Virus record (IMG/VR): IMGVR_UViG_2802429232_000009 | Direction: 5' to 3' (one strand) | Source of the DNA: a virus | Taxonomy: Duplodnaviria; Heunggongvirae; Uroviricota; Caudoviricetes | DNA length: 17,274 nucleotides | Shown: positions 8,584-16,390 of the stretch, in pieces | How positions within the stretch are numbered: position 1 is the stretch's first letter | How the letters are laid out: every line of letters begins with the position of its first letter | The notes under the pieces: model-generated | The model's database searches: none | Told to the model about the DNA's origin: nothing | The model's input: the letters and a program-made list of their open reading frames with translations, nothing else | Made by a program: the position numbers and the translations under genes

Positions 8584-9536
8584 TACCAGCTCCTCGTAAT
8601 GGTCGCGGCAGCAAGCCGAGTCACTGCGGGAATGGTTTGCTGTACCGTTGTACGTGCCTGCTCAACCAACGTTGTGGCTTTATCGAAAGTTGCTTCGGCG
8701 ATGTCGCTGGTAATGTCGTCAAAAAGCGCCTGTGCATGGTCAACCAGTGTCCCGGCGTCTTCGGCACAGTCGCGGATGCCCGGCATGTTACCTAGCAATG
8801 CTTTAATCTGCGCCGACAACGCTTTTGGTAATCCTGCCAGCGTTTGCAGATCCATCGGCTGTTTAAACAGGGTTTCGATGGCATCGATAGTCTTTTTCAA
8901 CGACGTAATTATCTTTTCACACTTTTCTTTTAACGCTTTGGCCTCTTTAATCAGTGCTTTGATCTTTGCCACTGTTTTTTTAATATCTTCAATGGATTGC
9001 GCCAGTTCATCGAGCATCTCTTTGGCTTTGCGCATACCTTCTTCAATGGTGTTCAATATCTGATCCAACCAAGACTCCACCTTGTCCGGAAAATCGCTCG
9101 CCTTTTCGTCAATATTAGGCTCCTGGGTGGTAATCGCCGGGGGCAGGAGTGGGTTTTTCGGATCGCCGGTATACTCCTGGAGCGACATTGTTCCGCTTTG
9201 GGCAATGATATTGCCCCAGGGATCGGTGTGCTGGTGAGTGGCGGTTAACTCTGTAATTACAAACCAGCCGCGATAATCACCGTTGCCAAACACCAGCGCC
9301 ATTGCTTTGTGGGCGAGCATGGCTTCACGCAGTCGATTCAGCTCTGTTGTGGGTTGGCAAAACTGGCTGTGCAGGGAAAATTCCAGCGCCAGCATGTCCA
9401 GCTTATCGCCAATAAACTGCACGCCAGGTTTGCCTTCAATACGGGCATGTGTGGCGTAATCCACGCCCATTGTGCTTTTAAAGCCATCCCAGAATGTGAC
9501 AACTTTAAATTCAATCTCACCTAAAACGGCATACAT
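8583..9536 (-). CDS. Tail protein at the Mu N position with a gpU-like N-terminal domain and a long K/E-rich coiled-coil C-terminal extension (317 aa)
   Basis: ATGA overlap with the tape measure stop at 9536..9538. The first 110 aa or so (EGKPGVQFIGDKLDMLALEFSL ... GNGDYRGWFVITEL) resemble the P2 gpU tail-terminator family; the remainder is predicted alpha-helical. Confidence 0.65.
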   Translation of the reverse strand: MYAVLGEIEFKVVTFWDGFKSTMGVDYATHARIEGKPGVQFIGDKLDMLALEFSLHSQFCQPTTELNRLREAMLAHKAMALVFGNGDYRGWFVITELTATHQHTDPWGNIIAQSGTMSLQEYTGDPKNPLLPPAITTQEPNIDEKASDFPDKVESWLDQILNTIEEGMRKAKEMLDELAQSIEDIKKTVAKIKALIKEAKALKEKCEKIITSLKKTIDAIETLFKQPMDLQTLAGLPKALSAQIKALLGNMPGIRDCAEDAGTLVDHAQALFDDITSDIAEATFDKATTLVEQARTTVQQTIPAVTRLAAATITRSW

Positions 9537-11905
9537 CAGGCATACCCCCGGCGCTGTTGCTGCGCCATTACGTCGTTAATCATTCTTTCCAGTTCGCGTT
9601 TACTCATCGTCAACACGTTCTGAATGTCTTTAGTGGTGTTTTGTCCGTTACTCTGCACGGTAATTTGTGGCGAAAAATTCACCTGGACTTTTCCCAGGGA
9701 ACGGGAGGGTAGCGTCGCCGGTTTGGTTACGGATTTACCAGGTAAAGAGGCCGACGCGGGTTTTGCCGCTGGCGCCGATGACGGCGTAGCCGTTTTGCTG
9801 GATGGCGCGAGTTGTTTGCCCACAGGCGGCGTTAAAAGCGCACCGGCAACGCCTGGAACAACGGTCGCGGGGGAGACTGATGCGGTATTAGTCGTGCCTG
9901 TAACAGCCGCAGCCGATGCTTCTGTGCTGATCCCCATTGTGGCTTTTAGCCAGTCTGGCATGGCGTTTTTGACCTGATCAATAATGCTTTTCAGAGCGGG
10001 GAAAGCATTCATTATGCCGTCGGCCAGACTACCCAGTATATTGCTGCCGAACTCGCTAAAACTCGCAGGCATCTCAACACCAAACCAATTCATCACATCG
10101 GAAAAGGCGCTGTAAAACAGCCCCAGTGGCGACCAGTCGAGAATCAACCGGCTAATACCAGCAATGCCGCCATCAAAGGCCGTGGTGATACGTTGCCAGA
10201 TGGCGGAAAATAACCTGGATATAGGTGCCCAGTTGCGATAAATCAGATAAGCCGCGCCCGCAATCGCAGTGATGACCAGACCAATGGGATTCATCAGTAG
10301 CACCCGACCTAGCGAGAGAACGGTTCGACCAACCAGTTTCAATGCTCCGATCAGGCCACGACCAAGCAGTTGCGTTAGCCATTTTGCGCCGCCACCCAAT
10401 GACTTAACCGCCGATAGCACCTTACTTGCCGTGCCTCCGAGCGCCAGACTTGCCCTCACTTTCAGGAAGATATCGACCAGACGAATAAACGGCGAGGCGA
10501 TGAAGTTCGCGCCCAGCTTTAAAACATTCAGCGCACCGTTAAACAGCCAAATCGCCCCGACGATTTTCGCAATGTTTTGCACCAGCGCCGGATGTTCGCG
10601 TAGCCAGGCGCTGAACTGGCGAATAACCGGCGCAAGGCTTTGCGCCAGCTCGCCAATCGCCGGCATAAGTTGTAAGCCAATGCTGAGCCATAAATCATTT
10701 AACGCCAGTTGTAACGCTTTAGTCTGTTCAATGGGCGAGGCCATTTGCGCAGAAAAGTCAGCGTTAATCAGATTCTTGCTGGTGGCTTGCATGGCAGAGG
10801 CTTTTAGCTGGCGATATTCCTCCATATTCGCCAACATAGGAGCCAGAAATTCCACCGTTTGCGCATCGCCGAACATTTCGCCCAGATTAAATTGCGTCAC
10901 CATCGATTGCAGCGCAGTGCTGCGGGCAGATAAATCTTCAATCTGCATGGTGCGTTTGAAGGTATCGAGGATCGCCGGATTCATCTTCTCAAGCTGCATT
11001 TGCACGATATGAGTCATAGCTTCGCTAACACCCATACCGTTTTGCTGATGCTCAAGCAGAGAACCTTGCAGATCGACCCCCTGGCTGGCGAACCAGCTAT
11101 CGGTTTTTTTCGAAAAGGTGGTTTGCAGAAAATGAGCGAAATTTTCCGTCGCCGCACTGGCGCTGGCACCGTTTTTCATGGCGATCTGCATGGTGGCGGC
11201 CAGTTCAGCCATACCTTCCAGACCCTGAGCGCCGGTTTTACCTGCAAATTTCTCTATCCACTGCGTTTGTTCGGTAATGGCAGGCCCACCGCTTTTGGTA
11301 ACGCTGTACATCATGTTTTGCGCAGCGTGGAAATTTTCTGGGGCAATATTCAGTCGATCATGAGTCGCGAGCGCGGCTTTCGCCCATGTTTCGGCGCTGT
11401 CGCGCGTGGCGGTGGCGGCTTTGGCGATCTCCGGCATATAGCGGTTGAGATCCTGCAAGGACGATATGTTGCCTTCAACTAAGGTCAGAGCGGCGGACTG
11501 TAACGTGGTCTGCTGCTGGTTAAAATCCATACTCCAGTCGCGCAGATTAAGGCTGAGCGTCTCGCGGGTGGCATCACTCATCCCGCCTTTGGTCGCCATA
11601 TTGACCATATTGACCATATTGTCCTGAAACTCATACGGCAACTTCCAGTCGGGGGCTTCAACATTAAATACTTTGCTAAATTGCCCGGCAAATGTTTGGG
11701 TTTTCTCCATCAGATTAGCGCGGCTGCGGCTATTTTCCTCCAGGCGGAGAGCGGAATTGGCAAGCCGCTGCGTTAGTTTGATAACTGTCGCTTGCTGAGT
11801 AGAGAGAGTTAACAATGTTCTGGCGTTGAGTGAGCCGTAACGGGCTATTGCCTGCGTCAACGTCTCATTACGCGCCTGAAGCTGGGTAATAATATCGTTG
11901 GCCAA
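9536..11905 (-). CDS. Tail tape measure protein (789 aa)
   Basis: Largest ORF, directly after the chaperone gene. Long helical N-terminal part, a central hydrophobic glycine-rich segment, and a Pro/Ala/Ser/Thr-rich tract near the C-terminus. The only available start is TTG at 11905 (in-frame TAA 15 nt upstream; AAAGAG Shine-Dalgarno-like motif). Confidence 0.85.
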   Translation of the reverse strand: MANDIITQLQARNETLTQAIARYGSLNARTLLTLSTQQATVIKLTQRLANSALRLEENSRSRANLMEKTQTFAGQFSKVFNVEAPDWKLPYEFQDNMVNMVNMATKGGMSDATRETLSLNLRDWSMDFNQQQTTLQSAALTLVEGNISSLQDLNRYMPEIAKAATATRDSAETWAKAALATHDRLNIAPENFHAAQNMMYSVTKSGGPAITEQTQWIEKFAGKTGAQGLEGMAELAATMQIAMKNGASASAATENFAHFLQTTFSKKTDSWFASQGVDLQGSLLEHQQNGMGVSEAMTHIVQMQLEKMNPAILDTFKRTMQIEDLSARSTALQSMVTQFNLGEMFGDAQTVEFLAPMLANMEEYRQLKASAMQATSKNLINADFSAQMASPIEQTKALQLALNDLWLSIGLQLMPAIGELAQSLAPVIRQFSAWLREHPALVQNIAKIVGAIWLFNGALNVLKLGANFIASPFIRLVDIFLKVRASLALGGTASKVLSAVKSLGGGAKWLTQLLGRGLIGALKLVGRTVLSLGRVLLMNPIGLVITAIAGAAYLIYRNWAPISRLFSAIWQRITTAFDGGIAGISRLILDWSPLGLFYSAFSDVMNWFGVEMPASFSEFGSNILGSLADGIMNAFPALKSIIDQVKNAMPDWLKATMGISTEASAAAVTGTTNTASVSPATVVPGVAGALLTPPVGKQLAPSSKTATPSSAPAAKPASASLPGKSVTKPATLPSRSLGKVQVNFSPQITVQSNGQNTTKDIQNVLTMSKRELERMINDVMAQQQRRGYA
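11596..11621 (-). repeat. Short in-frame tandem repeat (9-bp unit ccatattga, about 2.9 copies) inside the tape measure gene
   Basis: Read directly: gccatattgaccatattgaccatattgtcc. It encodes the duplicated tripeptide in DNMVNMVNMA. Confidence 0.7.
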
Positions 11906-12094
11906 AATTGTTTCTCTTTAAATATTGATAATGGCCCGCTGGTTATTTTTCTAAAAAAAGGGGCAGGGAAGAAATAAACCTGACGGGCTTGGGAAACTCG
12001 CAGACATCAGGTCTGCGAGCCATATTCGATTTTTATTTGGGCGTTGGCTTCATCCAGCCAGTTGCTAAAGTCATCGACGGTAAGGGCGTCTATC

Positions 12095-12412
12095 TCACTG
12101 GGCGGAAAGCGAAACCATCTCGCCAGTAGCGCCATTGCCTGCCATAGCAGGGGAGGATTCTGTAACCACGCTAAGCATAGATTGAAATCGTTTCTGCAAT
12201 GCCTGGTAATCCAGCAAATCCATTTCAGCTAAATCTTCTGGCACCAGTCCGGTCATTGCAGCCATTAGCGGTTCATCCCACTCTTCTGGTTTTTCGCTGA
12301 TCCGGCGGGCGTTGCGCATATCTTTTACTTTCAGGCGACGTAATTGCAGAGTGTTAATTACGTCTCCCGCCGCTGAAGTAAACGGGAACTGTAAGATATA
12401 ATGTTCTTTCAT
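12095..12412 (-). CDS. Tail assembly chaperone (P2 gpE / Mu gp41 / lambda gpG-equivalent position), 105 aa
   Basis: Small acidic ORF between the tube and tape measure genes. AAGGA Shine-Dalgarno. An overlapping alternative-frame ORF extends 3-prime of it (see findings). Confidence 0.7.
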   Translation of the reverse strand: MKEHYILQFPFTSAAGDVINTLQLRRLKVKDMRNARRISEKPEEWDEPLMAAMTGLVPEDLAEMDLLDYQALQKRFQSMLSVVTESSPAMAGNGATGEMVSLSAQ

Positions 12413-12439
12413 TTTGTATCCTTATTTATCATGCGGAAA

Positions 12440-12457
12440 TCGGGGCCGTAGCCCCGA
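12440..12457 (-). terminator. Hairpin between the tube and chaperone genes; possible attenuator or mRNA-stabilising stem-loop
   Basis: 7-bp perfect stem (TCGGGGC/GCCCCGA) with 4-nt loop in the 50-bp gap downstream of the tube stop. Followed on the minus-strand RNA by UUUCC only, so at most a weak terminator. Confidence 0.35.
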
Positions 12458-12462
12458 ATAAC

Positions 12463-12987
12463 TTAGCCACCGATGTTATTGCGATAGGTACTTAATTGAT
12501 CCACGCCGTTAACGCGGAAAATATTCGCCAGGTAATCCAGCTCCAGCAGTGTTTCACCATCGACCACCTGTTTAATATAGGTACAACCAAAGGCGCTGCT
12601 GAATTCCGGGTTTTCATTTTGTTTAAATGTTCCCAGTGGATTCTTTTTAAACATAACAGTCAAATGAGTGACTAACGCTAATTGATTCGCTTTCCCCTGG
12701 GAGTTATAGCAATCAATACTGGAGCGGCACTGTAATGCTACCGCCTGCCACGGGTTTGCCGTTTTACGCATGACGTCCTGATAAAAGGAGTTCCATTTAA
12801 TTTCCCCTTCCAGTTTATCGAAACCTGCCGGGAGCTCGATTTTACCGACCATGCCCAGTGCTTTATGCTCCTGCATAATTAAACTGACATCCGGTAATTT
12901 AATTTCGGTTGCACGACCTAACAGGTTATTACCATCGAGATAAATATTGGCATTGGTAATACGGTTAATTTGAATTTTTCCAGCCAT
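12463..12987 (-). CDS. Tail tube protein (P2 FII / Mu M-like), 174 aa
   Basis: Directly follows the sheath gene with a TAATG stop/start overlap at 12985..12989. GGAGAG Shine-Dalgarno. Size and position typical of contractile-tail tube proteins. Confidence 0.85.
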   Translation of the reverse strand: MAGKIQINRITNANIYLDGNNLLGRATEIKLPDVSLIMQEHKALGMVGKIELPAGFDKLEGEIKWNSFYQDVMRKTANPWQAVALQCRSSIDCYNSQGKANQLALVTHLTVMFKKNPLGTFKQNENPEFSSAFGCTYIKQVVDGETLLELDYLANIFRVNGVDQLSTYRNNIGG

Positions 12988-14411
12988 TAGCTATTGCTCT
13001 CCAGAGAGACTAAATATTCAGAAGTAATTTCAGTTTCAAACGTCAGACGTTCCAGCGGCGGTGGCGGGGTGAATTTATAGCTCAGCAATAAATGCCCGGC
13101 GCTGAGTTCGGTCGGTGAATTTCGCGCCGGATCGTACCAGCACTCAAAGCCAAGCAGTGCGCCGTCGGCAATCAGCTTACGGCCCCAGGTATTTACCGAC
13201 TCGGTCAGGGCATCAATTAGCGCCTGATTAATCGGCATATCGATATACTGCTGGCTGAAATAGCGGATCGACTCGTTAATCACATCGCCCGTGCGGCGAA
13301 CGTTTTCAAAGTTACGCATATGGGTCACGGTAGGCCATGCCGCAGTGCGGTTGCCCCATAAACGCAGACCAGAGCCGTAACTATTGAAAACTGTGGTAAT
13401 GCCGTTTTCGTTGAGCTGATTCACTTCACTTTGCGGGTCATCAACCATTGCGGAAAGTGAACGTTCGATACCGATAATGCCCTGAATTTCCTGGTTTGAG
13501 TTACTCCACCAGAAACCTTTCTCCAGGTCTACTTTGGCACGCAGTCCGGCAGCGCGTGAAGAGAGCGGTTCGAGAACTTCCTGGTTGGTTGAGCCGTCAT
13601 AAACTTTGACGTGCGGATAGCATAAACGCGCACGGTCAGAACTGGTGTTGAAGTTGATTGCGCCTTTCGAGCCGCGACCAGCCAGCACCTGCTGGAATGT
13701 AGTACCGATTGGGGCGTCAATGTAGGCGATAGCACCGAGTTTGTCCGCCTGAGCAATCAGCTCTGTGGTGACCGATTTTTGCGTACAGAAAACCGGAGCA
13801 AGCAGGATTTTGGCGTAGAAACCATACAGATTATAGGTGTCCTGTAGCAGTTTCATCCCCGTGCGATCGCCTGCGGTATTAACGGCGCCAATAATATCGG
13901 CTGCGGTAACTTTTGTTGGATCGGCCCATGAGTAATAGGCGCAAACTTTCGCTCCGGCAGGGATCTCAGTTTCTGCACGAGTGATTATTCCTGTTTGTTC
14001 ATCAACATGAAACGCTGTGCTGCTATACGTGGTGGCTGATGTTGAAGAGGGTTTCAGGACAACATTACGCACCGCACTATGAGCCAGTTTCGCCTGGTTG
14101 TTGGAATCAAAAGTGATACTCTCATTGCTGATGCTGGAGCCATGTTTTACCGGGTCCAGTACGTTAATCACCACCACCGTACCAGCGCCGTGGTCGTAAA
14201 TCGCCTTCAGCGCCTGCGGGATCGTAAAGTTAGCCTGAGTCGAGCCAAACTGCGCGGCATCGCTTTCAGAAAGGCACAATGTTGGTTTGTTTACCGGACC
14301 GCATGGTGCACTACCGATTAAAGCGATTACAGCGGATTTTACCGCTTTAACCGGGCGCGGACCGGTTTCAATTTCAATGGTTTCGACACCGTGCAGGTAA
14401 TTAGCTGCCAT
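12987..14411 (-). CDS. Tail sheath protein (Mu L / P2 FI-like), about 474 aa
   Basis: Large ORF immediately upstream of the tube gene. I prefer the ATG at 14411..14409 (GGAGAGG Shine-Dalgarno 8 nt upstream; overlaps the TAA of the preceding ORF) over the TTG at 14417 in the ORF track. Confidence 0.9.
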   Translation of the reverse strand: MAANYLHGVETIEIETGPRPVKAVKSAVIALIGSAPCGPVNKPTLCLSESDAAQFGSTQANFTIPQALKAIYDHGAGTVVVINVLDPVKHGSSISNESITFDSNNQAKLAHSAVRNVVLKPSSTSATTYSSTAFHVDEQTGIITRAETEIPAGAKVCAYYSWADPTKVTAADIIGAVNTAGDRTGMKLLQDTYNLYGFYAKILLAPVFCTQKSVTTELIAQADKLGAIAYIDAPIGTTFQQVLAGRGSKGAINFNTSSDRARLCYPHVKVYDGSTNQEVLEPLSSRAAGLRAKVDLEKGFWWSNSNQEIQGIIGIERSLSAMVDDPQSEVNQLNENGITTVFNSYGSGLRLWGNRTAAWPTVTHMRNFENVRRTGDVINESIRYFSQQYIDMPINQALIDALTESVNTWGRKLIADGALLGFECWYDPARNSPTELSAGHLLLSYKFTPPPPLERLTFETEITSEYLVSLESNS

Positions 14412-14598
14412 GTACAATTTCCTCTCCGGTATTTTGTTCTTCCTGAGTGATGACGGGAGTCAGATGATTGCGGGCAATCATGGTCATGACCCACTCGTTG
14501 TCTTCTGGCAGATCAATTTCACTGTTCGGCCACAATAAGATTTCTTGTCCGTCGGCAAGGGTGACGCCGCTTGCCGGGCCGTTGTAGATATATTTCAT
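14401..14598 (-). CDS. Small phage protein (65 aa), Mu gp38-like position; probable tail completion / neck-proximal protein
   Basis: ATGA overlap with the upstream ORF at 14595..14598. GAGGAA Shine-Dalgarno. Acidic. Position directly before the sheath gene. Confidence 0.55.
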   Translation of the reverse strand: MKYIYNGPASGVTLADGQEILLWPNSEIDLPEDNEWVMTMIARNHLTPVITQEEQNTGEEIVHGS

Positions 14599-15050
14599 TC
14601 AGTTTCCTCGTAATTAACTTCAGTAAGCAGGGTAAGGTCCGCGCTTTCCCGTTTCGCGATAAACAGCGAGCTGGTCGCCATTTCCAGGATGTAGCGGCAG
14701 AAACCACCGCTCTCGCCTGCATTGATTTCTTTTTCAAGCCAAAGAAGACGCTCGCAATCAGGAAGCTGGATCCCTCCCAGTGCGCTGCGTATGCGATCCA
14801 GTGCGTTTAACGCGTCACAATTTTTGCCAACAATAACGGTGGCAGTTAAGCGGAGCGTTTGCTGTTGCACGAGAGCATCACTGCTTTCAGGCATGGCAAA
14901 TAGAGAACCGCTATAATTAATAATTACTGTAACTTGCTGTGTCTGTGGAATATATTTCTGGGCATCGACCGATGAAATAAATACGTCCATTTCGGGATTC
15001 TGTTCACGTAATCTGGTCACAACAGAATTCATTACAGATAAAATTTCCAT
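14595..15050 (-). CDS. Phage protein (151 aa), Mu gp37-like; probable tail completion / sheath-initiator protein
   Basis: AAGGA Shine-Dalgarno. Position between the lysis cassette and the sheath gene, where Mu-like phages encode tail-completion proteins. Family assignment from memory only. Confidence 0.55.
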   Translation of the reverse strand: MEILSVMNSVVTRLREQNPEMDVFISSVDAQKYIPQTQQVTVIINYSGSLFAMPESSDALVQQQTLRLTATVIVGKNCDALNALDRIRSALGGIQLPDCERLLWLEKEINAGESGGFCRYILEMATSSLFIAKRESADLTLLTEVNYEETE

Positions 15051-15167
15051 ATAGGGTGTTCCTTAATTATTGCTGATTCGTTAACGCTTACTCCGTTATC
15101 GTTGAAATGTATTCTGACGTAGTGAAGGTGAAGGATCTTTTAATCTGCTTTAGAGAAAAAATTGAAT

Positions 15168-15482
15168 TTAATAGCTGCCACGTTGTAATAGCTCTATTTT
15201 GCTATATAAGGCATCCAGCTTTGCTTCTAATACTGCCTGGCCACGAAGATAATCTTCTCTGCGGACATAATGCAGCGGAAGCTCGGCACGAAATTCGAGA
15301 AATTCTCTTTCCAGTTTCGACCAATTTGTTTCTGATTCCCGGCGTGCGTTTTCCAGAGATTCAAAACGCTCATTAAGTCTTTTTTCAATTTGTGCTAACA
15401 GCAATTTTCCGGCAGCAAACATTAATCCAACGAAGGAAAGCATAAGGGAGATCACTTCCCAAAAATCGATACTGAGTTTCAT
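15168..15482 (-). CDS. Lysis accessory membrane protein (104 aa): N-terminal TM helix plus coiled coil; i-spanin-like or Mu gp25 (releasin)-like
   Basis: GAGGAG Shine-Dalgarno 5 nt upstream. One hydrophobic segment (VISLMLSFVGLMFAAGKLLLA) followed by a charged helical region. Located directly after the lytic transglycosylase gene. Confidence 0.55.
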   Translation of the reverse strand: MKLSIDFWEVISLMLSFVGLMFAAGKLLLAQIEKRLNERFESLENARRESETNWSKLEREFLEFRAELPLHYVRREDYLRGQAVLEAKLDALYSKIELLQRGSY

Positions 15483-15494
15483 CGGCTCCTCTGT

Positions 15495-16103
15495 TTAGTG
15501 AAGACAGCTTGCCTGTCCCCAGAGTAAGTAGCGGGCGGCATGTTGATAGAGGATCATCTTCGGGTAGTGACGATTTTCTCGCCAGTTCGCGGCGCTACGC
15601 CCGGCGTTGACGTGTTCAACATGACCAAACCAGATAGTGGCATCTAACCCTTTGGATGCGGCCAGTTTTTTATCCCGGTTAACCCATCCCTGACCGCCGT
15701 TATAGGCGCTTAGGGTAAATGCCATACGCTGACAGTCATTTTTCGCAGAGATGTTTTTCCACAAATGCTGGTCATATTGCACCAGCGCGCGAATCGCCCA
15801 GGTTGGGTTATAGGGCTTATTTTCACGTAGCTGTGGATACAACTGGCTTATCCATGTCGCTGTGGCAGGCATAAATTGCGCCATACCTTGTGCGCCGACG
15901 GGGGAACGCGCCATTGGCTGCCAGGCGGATTCCTGGTGTAACTGCCCGGCGAAGTCCGCCACCGGGGCGTTCAGCCCCCAGACTTCTCGTGCAGTTCGAA
16001 TCAGTTCGTTTCGCCATGCCAGAGATGCTCGCGGCGGTTCAGATGCGTTAAGCGGGAAGAACGCGAACAGAGTAATTAGCGCGAGAAATTTTACCTGCAT
16101 CAT
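15495..16103 (-). CDS. Lytic transglycosylase (SLT domain) endolysin with an N-terminal signal peptide or SAR-type sequence, about 202 aa
   Basis: Catalytic-site region LHQESAWQP ... AQGMAQFMPATA is the family-1 lytic transglycosylase signature. I place the start at the ATG at 16103..16101 (MMQVKFLALITLFAFFPLNA-SEPP), which overlaps the TAA of the upstream gene (TAATG). The longer 16199 start in the ORF track would overlap the upstream gene by 97 nt. Confidence 0.85.
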   Translation of the reverse strand: MMQVKFLALITLFAFFPLNASEPPRASLAWRNELIRTAREVWGLNAPVADFAGQLHQESAWQPMARSPVGAQGMAQFMPATATWISQLYPQLRENKPYNPTWAIRALVQYDQHLWKNISAKNDCQRMAFTLSAYNGGQGWVNRDKKLAASKGLDATIWFGHVEHVNAGRSAANWRENRHYPKMILYQHAARYLLWGQASCLH

Positions 16104-16390
16104 TAAAGTCCTAACGCGACGGAAAGGCAGACGGCTGCAACGATGATAGCCCGACGAATCATTGCCGCCGCGCAGCATCGCGCCTCTTCCCAAGGGCAAA
16201 ATGAGTCAGGCCGCGCCCAGGGAAACAGACTGCGATCGAGCCAGTATCCCAGCACAGCGGAGAGCGAAACCAGGCTTAGTTTATAAATGACTACCGGGAT
16301 CTGTGCGGAAGATGTCCAGCCGATCACGACAAACAGCGCGACGGAAGCGACCAGCCAGCCGGAAAGCCGGGGAAAAGTGACTTTTTTCAT
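16103..16390 (-). CDS. Small membrane protein with 3 predicted TM segments (95 aa); holin/antiholin candidate, first gene of the leftward operon
   Basis: Strong AGGAG Shine-Dalgarno 8 nt upstream of the ATG at 16390. Three hydrophobic stretches. Translationally coupled to the endolysin gene. Holin identity is positional inference only. Confidence 0.55.
   Translation of the reverse strand: MKKVTFPRLSGWLVASVALFVVIGWTSSAQIPVVIYKLSLVSLSAVLGYWLDRSLFPWARPDSFCPWEEARCCAAAMIRRAIIVAAVCLSVALGL

Noticed and set aside
10269-11012. 247-aa plus-strand ORF (and similar plus-strand ORFs at 8473..9063, 6594..7193, 6644..7108, 11000..11482, 9624..9977)
   Set aside because: All lie antisense within well-supported minus-strand tail genes. 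They have low-complexity or Cys/Arg/Ser-rich composition typical of shadow ORFs opposite GC-balanced coding sequence, no Shine-Dalgarno, and no start/stop coupling to neighbours.
15107-15376. 89-aa plus-strand ORF spanning the gap between the gp37-like and TM/coiled-coil genes
   Set aside because: Mostly antisense to the 104-aa lysis gene; hydrophobic low-complexity product; no Shine-Dalgarno. I looked in this gap and in the alternative frames of the 104-aa gene for an o-spanin with a lipobox and found none.
15495-16199. Long form of the lytic transglycosylase ORF starting at 16199 (234 aa)
   Set aside because: The extra 32 N-terminal residues (MPLGRGAMLRGG...) would overlap the upstream membrane-protein gene by 97 nt in another frame. 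The internal ATG at 16103 coincides with that gene's stop (TAATG) and begins a signal-peptide-like sequence, so the shorter form is preferred.
6635-16390. Alternative identity as a type VI secretion system or extracellular contractile injection system (Afp/PVC-like)
   Set aside because: No ClpV/AAA+ ATPase, no TssJLM-like membrane complex genes, no Afp16-type cap or toxin cargo. The gene order is that of Mu-type phage tails, and a phage lysis cassette and phage-type tail fibers are present.
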